Shown one piece after another: positions 57,697-64,000 of a DNA stretch of 64,000 nucleotides. The stretch lies in IMG/VR virus record IMGVR_UViG_3300038454_000106, positions 1 through 64,000 of that record; one strand, written 5' to 3'. Below the pieces are notes generated by a model. That model was not told the origin of the DNA. It did not search any database and was given only the letters and a program-made list of their open reading frames with translations. This DNA is from a virus. A program made the position numbers and the translations under genes. Within the stretch, counting starts at the first letter, position 1. Each line of letters opens with the position of its first letter.

Positions 57697-58620
57697 TCAC
57701 GGGACCTTCCCGACGGTGACACGTTCGCTACCATCGAGCGCCTCGATCCATCCCCAGGCGCCATCGGCCACCTGGTCCGCGTCTGGCCACTCACGCTTCT
57801 CGACGAGCTGCTCGATGGCTCGCTCAATGTCCGCGGCGACGATCCGACCAGACGCTGCGTCCGTGCGCCATGCGTACGCCGTATTCTCTGCGATGATCTC
57901 CGCCCAACATGGTCTGGGCCTCGACCCTCCGAGCGCCTCCTGCTCGTCATCTGTAAGCCACTGGGACCAGTCGATCACCTCGACCCGCATGCCGGCCATG
58001 TAGGCCTGCGTTCCAATTCTGACCGCTTCGCCGTCGATCTCCTCCCCGTCGACGACAGACCGGATTTCCCGGTACGGCCTGAAGGTGATTTCAAGATCTG
58101 ACTCGGTACCGGCGCCATCTCCGGTCCATCCGACCGCCCATTCCGGGCCGATCGCCGCCTTGACCGACCGCACGACGGCGGCACAGGCCTCGTCGTCGTT
58201 CGCGTCGACGGTGACTCCGACGATGTATCGGCCAGGCGCGCGGCGGTGACCATCCCCGATCGAGTACGGACACTTCTCGATCATCGCCTCGTCCTGGCTC
58301 TGATTCTCCGCCTCGTCCGAGGGCCAGGTTTCCTCATCCTGCGAGGGCCACCCGAGCCCCGCAGACCCATCCGTGCACGGGGTCAACGGGCGCTCGAGCG
58401 CTCGTTGCCACGCGTAGGTGGCAGCGCCGCCTGCGCCGCGCGCGACGTCGCGCGCCGGGAGATGATCACGGCTCTCGCGATAGGCGATAGCTGCGGCCTC
58501 GGCGGCCTCGGCGGCGATGGAGGCATGCCAGGGACAGGGGACCGGGCCATGGGGGCCCCTGTAGCAGTAGTCTCTAGTCACAGAATCAGAATCAGCGTTA
58601 TCAGCGTTATCGATGATCAC
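57697..58620 (-). CDS. Hypothetical acidic protein
   Basis: GTG follows the hairpin-SD leader. Confidence 0.6.
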   Translation of the reverse strand: MIIDNADNADSDSVTRDYCYRGPHGPVPCPWHASIAAEAAEAAAIAYRESRDHLPARDVARGAGGAATYAWQRALERPLTPCTDGSAGLGWPSQDEETWPSDEAENQSQDEAMIEKCPYSIGDGHRRAPGRYIVGVTVDANDDEACAAVVRSVKAAIGPEWAVGWTGDGAGTESDLEITFRPYREIRSVVDGEEIDGEAVRIGTQAYMAGMRVEVIDWSQWLTDDEQEALGGSRPRPCWAEIIAENTAYAWRTDAASGRIVAADIERAIEQLVEKREWPDADQVADGAWGWIEALDGSERVTVGKVP

Positions 58621-58709
58621 GGGAATTTCCTTTCTCGCCCCCCCAGGTAGGGAGCAGCCTCGTCTATCAGACTCGTGCAATGGCCATCAGAGTCCCGTCA
58701 CGGGACCCG

Positions 58710-58967
58710 TCAGCGAGCGGCGATGACGTCGTCAACCGTTTCGCCAACTCGCGCGCCGCGAGCGTCGAACCAAGTCGTGACGCCAGACGGACCGCGCACT
58801 CCGCCGGACCACGACAGGGCGCCTCCGGTGGATGGTCTGCATGCCTTGGCGTATCGCGCCGCCGCTTTCCTCGCGGCGGCGGGCGTACGGTGTCGAGACC
58901 ACTCGACAAATCCCCTATTCTGTTCCCAGACTCCAGCAGAATAGTAACTCGCGATCACGCTGGCCAT
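58710..58967 (-). CDS. Small hypothetical protein
   Basis: ATG follows the hairpin-SD leader. Confidence 0.6.
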   Translation of the reverse strand: MASVIASYYSAGVWEQNRGFVEWSRHRTPAAARKAAARYAKACRPSTGGALSWSGGVRGPSGVTTWFDARGARVGETVDDVIAAR

Positions 58968-59220
58968 ACTTGTTCTCCTTTTTCTCGCCCCCAAGTAGAG
59001 GCTCGCCTCGTTCTAGCAGACGGCTGACGGGGTCGTCATCCTCAGTGATGAACCGTCGGTGGGTCACTGGCCTTCCGCGTCCCCTTGATAGCTGTGATCT
59101 GGCCGCGTCGGCGCGCGCGATCCATAGCCGCAAATGCAGCTTTGCGCCTCGAGTATGTGCGCTCGCGCATGATGACCGTGCCGTCAGAATTGTAAAAGAG
59201 GACCACCATATCGATATCTC

Positions 59221-59916
59221 CTAGAAGACGTCGTAGTCAGCGCGGGCGACGGACGCTGCGTGCGCGTCCGCATACCCACGACGGAACGCAGCGCACCACT
59301 CGGATTCGATCTCGTCCCAGGCGGTCTCGTCGAGGTCGAGGTCCTCGCAGATCGATCCAATTCCGACGGTGGAAATGTACGCAGCGTCGGCGCCACTGAA
59401 GGGCCATGCCCAAGTGGTCGGCTCGCCTTGGGCGACGTCCTCCGCTCGTCCAGAGTAGTCCTCCCAACCCGCCTTCTTTCCGTGGACTCGCACAGCAGCA
59501 TACGAGATCTCGTCCGTCTCGTCCGTGCCGCCCCCCTCGCCCTGGTCGCCTGCGGGGAAGAGCACGTGCTCCGGCACCGGACCGAGCCACAGCTTGAATC
59601 GCCAGACCGCGATGTCCTCGTCGGTAAGCGAGGTGGCTTCGCCCTCGTCATCGTGCCGAGTCAGGAAGAACGGGCCGTGGAGGTGGTGATAGCCACGAGC
59701 CGAGCTGGGCGCGACGTCCCGGCTGAACGGCAGATTCTTGCAGAGGGGGCCGCCCTCCTCGTCGCACCAGAGATCGACGCCATCCTCGAGCGGCACGCAC
59801 TGGAGGTAGCCGTCGACGATGCTTCGCATCCCTCTCAGGGTCGGCTCGATCTCCTCGACCCTCGGCTGCTCTCCGACCCGGCACACCAGCACTCGAATCT
59901 TCCTGTCACTCATCAT
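59221..59916 (-). CDS. DUF3846-like protein
   Basis: P.VEEI..TL..M..IVDG.....L......CDEEG...LP..R...GPFF......G...SL. Confidence 0.75.
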   Translation of the reverse strand: MMSDRKIRVLVCRVGEQPRVEEIEPTLRGMRSIVDGYLQCVPLEDGVDLWCDEEGGPLCKNLPFSRDVAPSSARGYHHLHGPFFLTRHDDEGEATSLTDEDIAVWRFKLWLGPVPEHVLFPAGDQGEGGGTDETDEISYAAVRVHGKKAGWEDYSGRAEDVAQGEPTTWAWPFSGADAAYISTVGIGSICEDLDLDETAWDEIESEWCAAFRRGYADAHAASVARADYDVF

Positions 59917-60164
59917 CGCCTTGGCCTTTCTCGTCCCCAAAAGGGACGCATTGACTTACTGTAAGCATACACGATCGGCGCTTCGCGCGCCACCCTTCTC
60001 ACGCATGCGGGTTGCGGTCGACCTCATAGCGCCGATCGCTGCCGAGCCCTTCGGCCGTGACGTGAAGCCAGTTGATCTCGCCTTGCCCGTTGACGACCGG
60101 CCCCGACCACTCGTCGGGCAGCGACTCGTCCAGCTCGTCGATCGCGTCGGCAGAGATCGTTCCA

Positions 60165-60386
60165 TCAGGTCCCGCTCTCCTTCAACACGACGTTGCGCAT
60201 CTTGTGGGCTTCCGCGATGAGCATGCGAGCGCATGCGATCGCGTTGTCGATGTTGGCATCGAAGTCCTCAGCGCTCTCGCACGAGCCAGCGTTCTCGAGA
60301 TGCTCGTTGAGGTCGTCGGCCAGTTTCTCCAAGTCACCGACGAGCGCCTGTCGCTCTTCGAGGTTCTTGCCTGTCGTCTTGCTCAC
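60165..60386 (-). CDS. Small helical protein
   Basis: GTG start with GGAG SD. Confidence 0.55.
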   Translation of the reverse strand: MSKTTGKNLEERQALVGDLEKLADDLNEHLENAGSCESAEDFDANIDNAIACARMLIAEAHKMRNVVLKESGT

Positions 60387-60480
60387 GGCTTGTCTCCGAG
60401 CTTGCCAACGTCCTTGACGCAGCCCTTGTCGAGGATCTTGAACTTCCGACCGGAGTAGGTACGAACGCGCGTTGCCATGG

Positions 60481-60876
60481 CTACATGTCCTCGTCGCGCT
60501 CGCTCTGCGCGGTGAAGAGGGCGCGTTGTGCCTCGACGTCCAGCGCGCGCACAAAGCCGGCGTTGACGCCACCGAGCTTGGCGACGATCTCGCCGCCGTT
60601 CTGTCGCCAGAGGTCACAGAGGAACACAGCCGCGTGCGACGGCTCGCTCGTCATCGCCGGCTCCTCGGTGACCGCCATACGGACAGGGACATGCAGCCTG
60701 TGAGTGGCCACGTCGAGCACCAGCGGCCGCCGGTAGTCGAGCCAGAGTGCCTCCGTGTAGTGGTCCGGTGCACCGCCGGTGTTGTTGGCGATCACGATGC
60801 GGCTGTTGTCGCTGGCGTTGGTGTGGCGGTAGTACCGGAAACCGCGACGCGTCTGACGGATCAGGTTCCAGGTCAT
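60481..60876 (-). CDS. Hypothetical protein
   Basis: AGGAG SD; operonic. Confidence 0.6.
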   Translation of the reverse strand: MTWNLIRQTRRGFRYYRHTNASDNSRIVIANNTGGAPDHYTEALWLDYRRPLVLDVATHRLHVPVRMAVTEEPAMTSEPSHAAVFLCDLWRQNGGEIVAKLGGVNAGFVRALDVEAQRALFTAQSERDEDM

Positions 60877-61160
60877 AGCAGCTCTCCTTGCATCGCCTCG
60901 GTGCCGGCGTCCGTGAGGAAGGCGATCGGCCTTCCGTGTTTGCGCTCGAGAACCACGAGACCGCGGTGCACGAGATCATCCGCGGTGCGCCGCCACTCGA
61001 CGGCCGCCGTGGCGTCCGCGTGCGTGCCGCCGCGTGGCGACGCGTGACCACCGGTGCGGCGCACACACCACTTGAGGAACAGCCGCAGCACGAGATCCTC
61101 GTGCCTCGTGAGCACGGTGTAGGGTCGCAGCTTGCGCGCGGCCTTCTGGCGCTTCGTCAC
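60873..61160 (-). CDS. Small wHTH-like protein
   Basis: TADDLVHRGLV...LTDAG. Confidence 0.55.
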   Translation of the reverse strand: MTKRQKAARKLRPYTVLTRHEDLVLRLFLKWCVRRTGGHASPRGGTHADATAAVEWRRTADDLVHRGLVVLERKHGRPIAFLTDAGTEAMQGELL

Positions 61161-61411
61161 GACACCATCTCCACGAAGTTGCGCCAGCAGCCATCGGGCG
61201 CGAACCCGCTCGCTCCGTTCGTGACGTCGTAGAACAAGCCCCCGCTGCGGCCGCTGTGCGTCGCGGAGAACACCGGCGTACGGACCCACACGAGCCCGTG
61301 CGTGTCGGGATGCTGCTCCAGCTCGATGCATCCGGGGGCGCGTGCCACGCCAGCGTGCTCCAGCAACTCGACCGTAGCGTGGCCGTAGATCATGCGAGGA
61401 CGAGCCGTCAC
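61157..61411 (-). CDS. Small hypothetical protein
   Basis: GTGA-coupled. Confidence 0.5.
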   Translation of the reverse strand: MTARPRMIYGHATVELLEHAGVARAPGCIELEQHPDTHGLVWVRTPVFSATHSGRSGGLFYDVTNGASGFAPDGCWRNFVEMVS

Positions 61412-61675
61412 GACGACACCCCCATCACGTACTGAGCCGCGCGCCATGCAGCGTGGTTGAGCTGCCGCTGCCAGGCACCCGCGGTCGGCGACCAGCGAAA
61501 GCCGTAGCTCTTGAGCTTCGTGCGCATCGCGCGTCGCGGTGCGCTCGGCCGCTTGCGCGCGGGCCTCGGCGCGGTCGGCGGCGCGCAGCTTGCGCTCACG
61601 CTTGCGCTCTTGCTTGGCCTCGTACGCGTCGATCCGCGCGGCGAGGGGTTTCTCTTCGGACTCGGACTCGGACAT
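61408..61675 (-). pseudogene. Internally deleted, frameshifted DUF3560-like gene
   Basis: N-terminal YEAKQERKRER...ADRAEARA joined out of frame to C-terminal RTKLKSYGFRWSPTAGAWQRQLN. Confidence 0.6.
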
Positions 61676-61750
61676 CGGCAAGCCTTTCTCGTCCCCAACG
61701 CAGGGACGTCTGTGGAACGACCGGAACCTAGCTCTAGTCGTCCCTGGCGG

Positions 61751-62761
61751 TCAATCCTCGTAGCGGTATCGGGCGAGGATGCCACCGTAGATCGCGTAGA
61801 TCGCGAACCCGTCGGGCTCGACGCGGATCTGTGATGCCTCCGGAAAGTCGAGGTAGGACAGCGCACCCTTGCCGCCCTTCTCCTCGAGGTCGGGGCCCGA
61901 GAACGCCACGTGCACGGAGGTCACGCTCGCCACCACGCGCACGAGGTCGCACGGGCCGCGGCCGTTCTGAACGAGCCGGAGCTTGGTGCCGACCGGGATC
62001 CGCTTGAGGCTCGCCAGCGACGTGACGAGGTACGCGGGCGCGCGATCGTCGCTGGCTTTCTTCGTGGCGCCGCACGACGCGCCGTTGCCGTCCCGATGGT
62101 TGTAGCTCACGACCTCGACGTGGACGTGGCACTGCTCGTTTACCGGAGGGCGTTTGTCGGTGAGCAGGCATAGCACACGCTCGATCAGCGCGGCCGGTGC
62201 GCCAAGCTTGAGCATGGCCTGGTCTTCCGTCACGGCCAACTTGGCCGTCCACGCGTGGTCGCCCGTCGAGCCCTCGCCGTCGATCTGGAGATAGCTCGGA
62301 TCTTTGCCATGGTGCGCGGTGCCAAGAAGCGTCGCGAGGCGCTTGGCGGTCACTAGCGTATTGGCGCGCAACGTCTCACGCTCGGACAGCGCGGAGACGC
62401 ACGCCTCGTACACGCGGAGATAGTCGGGAAGGAATCGAGCCTTGATGTCGGCCGCGATACGGCGACCGCCCTTATCGACCGAGGCATTGATGGCAGGCGG
62501 AGTCTCGTCGACGCCGTAGTCACGCGGCAGAGTGACGCCACGCGCCGAACGCGCCGGATCCTGCGGGTACGTGCCGCGCACGGCAACACGACGCTCGCGC
62601 ACGAGGATCTCGAACCAAAGCGCCGCTCCGTCGCCACGCTTGATGTCGAAGGTGAACGGGTAATCGCTGGTCTCGAGTCGCCAGCCGAGCGCAGTGGCGA
62701 TCTCCTGTGCGAGTTCCATCGCGAACGTGGACGTGATCTCGGGCTTGTCAGAATCAGACAT
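61751..62761 (-). CDS. Hypothetical protein
   Basis: 336 aa; follows the hairpin-SD leader. Confidence 0.7.
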   Translation of the reverse strand: MSDSDKPEITSTFAMELAQEIATALGWRLETSDYPFTFDIKRGDGAALWFEILVRERRVAVRGTYPQDPARSARGVTLPRDYGVDETPPAINASVDKGGRRIAADIKARFLPDYLRVYEACVSALSERETLRANTLVTAKRLATLLGTAHHGKDPSYLQIDGEGSTGDHAWTAKLAVTEDQAMLKLGAPAALIERVLCLLTDKRPPVNEQCHVHVEVVSYNHRDGNGASCGATKKASDDRAPAYLVTSLASLKRIPVGTKLRLVQNGRGPCDLVRVVASVTSVHVAFSGPDLEEKGGKGALSYLDFPEASQIRVEPDGFAIYAIYGGILARYRYED

Positions 62762-62830
62762 CGGACGTTTCTTTCTCGTCCCCAAGACAGGGACGCGGTG
62801 TGTGTTGGTTGAGACGACTATCGAACGCTG

Positions 62831-63007
62831 CTATTCATTGGGCATCAACGCGAGCGCGGCACGCTTGGCGTCGAGAGCTTGCTTCACCTCCTTGGCGTAG
62901 TCGCCGAGCCCGTCGCGCTCGGCACAGCGGAGGTCCGTCTCATGGTCGGCGATCTCCGCTTCGAGCAGGGCGCGAGCCGTATAGCGCATGCGAGGCGTGT
63001 AGGCCAT
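62831..63007 (-). CDS. Small helical protein
   Basis: GGAG SD. Confidence 0.55.
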   Translation of the reverse strand: MAYTPRMRYTARALLEAEIADHETDLRCAERDGLGDYAKEVKQALDAKRAALALMPNE

Positions 63008-63009
63008 GA

Positions 63010-63270
63010 CTAGGACTCCGGGGCGCCCTTGATCACAGCGCCCTTGCCGAAGTGGTCGACGAGCGCAAAGCCGGCCCAGATCTTCGCGTCGTCGTTCCAC
63101 ACGGCGACGACGGCGGCGAAGCCACGCATGGCATAGGCCCGATGGTGCGAGTAGATCTCGGTGAGCATCACGTCGGGAACGTAGACGGTGACGGGCGCCG
63201 CTGGCGGGTCGGCGTCGCCGATGTACGCGGCCACGAGCGGAACGTGGACGCGAGCCTTGGGCCTCCGCAT
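63010..63270 (-). CDS. Small hypothetical protein
   Basis: GGAGGAGG SD. Confidence 0.6.
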   Translation of the reverse strand: MRRPKARVHVPLVAAYIGDADPPAAPVTVYVPDVMLTEIYSHHRAYAMRGFAAVVAVWNDDAKIWAGFALVDHFGKGAVIKGAPES

Positions 63271-63271
63271 G

Positions 63272-63862
63272 TCAGCCCTCCTCCGTCGACGAGCGCCACG
63301 GCTCCCACGTGTGGATCGCCGGCCCGGGAACGTGCTCCGACACCATGCGCATCACAGCGACCTCACCGTGACCAGCGAGGCACCCGGTGCACGTCCGCAC
63401 CGCGCCCGCGTTCGTGGTCCACTCCCTGATCTCGTCGTGCTTGCGCTCGGTGCGGCACGCGTCGCAGCGGAGCCAGTACAAGCGATGCGCATGCTCAATC
63501 GCAGCGGCCTCGGCCTCTGCCGAGGTGTCGTAGCCCATCGCAGTGCAGCTGAGGCTGAGTCGGATCCGTTCTTCGGGATCGCCGTCGCCGTCGCCGGGAC
63601 CGATACGGAGCATCGCGTACTCCCACCCGCTCGCGTGCGGCAGGATGATCGCCGTGCCGAATGCCTCGCCACGCACAAGGCGGGTGCGATCGAGCCCCGC
63701 CGCGAGATTGACCAGGATGCGAGCCACGCTGGCGACGGCCTCGGCCTCGGTCGCGCCGGTGCCCTCGACGGCTCCCACAACGGCGCACCAGTGGAGGATG
63801 CGACCACGAGGATCCTTGACGTTGAACGTGCGGACGGGAACGCGAGCATTCTTGTCAGCCAT
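63272..63862 (-). CDS. Hypothetical protein with CxxC motifs
   Basis: CDAC...CTGC; follows the hairpin-SD leader. Confidence 0.65.
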   Translation of the reverse strand: MADKNARVPVRTFNVKDPRGRILHWCAVVGAVEGTGATEAEAVASVARILVNLAAGLDRTRLVRGEAFGTAIILPHASGWEYAMLRIGPGDGDGDPEERIRLSLSCTAMGYDTSAEAEAAAIEHAHRLYWLRCDACRTERKHDEIREWTTNAGAVRTCTGCLAGHGEVAVMRMVSEHVPGPAIHTWEPWRSSTEEG

Positions 63863-63918
63863 GGGAGCGAGCCTTTCTAGTCCCCAAGATAGGGACGCGG
63901 TGTGTTGGTGGAAGGAAG

Positions 63919-63944
63919 GGGGCCCGCCACCGTGGGCGGGCCCC
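63919..63944 (-). terminator. GC hairpin, possible terminator or processing site
   Basis: GGGGCCCGCC-ACCGTG-GGCGGGCCCC followed on the minus strand by a pyrimidine tract. Confidence 0.5.
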
Positions 63945-64000
63945 GGAGGGCGAGCTAGGCGGACTGAGCCGCGCTGGTGCCGGGATAGGCGGGGTAGAGC

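Larger units (their letters stand above)
55993..63898 (-). promoter_or_regulatory. Dispersed leader family (short GC hairpin plus AGAAAG(G) SD), 8 copies
   Basis: Copies at about 55993, 56172, 58629, 58977, 59925, 61683, 62771 and 63872, each a short distance upstream of a start codon. Confidence 0.8.

Overview
A GC-rich, gene-dense 64 kb segment that looks like part of a large temperate phage or virus-like element. The host is probably Myxococcota, inferred from a DUF4157 protein, Cys-lipoproteins and a captured Ser/Thr-kinase fragment. All family calls are from motif recognition by eye, not database searches. Left third: tail-anchored Pro-rich membrane proteins, a Tad2/DUF2829-like gene followed by a 36-nt dual-repeat array, and a replication/recombination module (P-loop primase-helicase, SNF2 helicase, PD-(D/E)XK nuclease, AAA_24 ATPase, DUF669 SSB-like). 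Middle: two paralogous beta-helix spike-like proteins, an SGNH hydrolase, a DIP1984-like gene plus a structured RNA, an acyl-CoA dehydrogenase, and a DUF4157/colicin-M-like toxin with a putative immunity gene. Right third: serine and tyrosine recombinases, ParB, several HTH proteins, a RuvC-less IS110/Nop-domain (TasA-like) gene, and a long run of small minus-strand genes fronted by a recurring hairpin+SD leader. The best candidate novel system is a split TIGR-Tas-like RNA-guided system: an 8-unit array at 5903-6204 and a nuclease-less Tas-like gene with a Cys/His insert about 45 kb away, whose start codon is locked in a perfect 15-bp hairpin. No capsid, terminase, rRNA, tRNA or CRISPR array was recognised.
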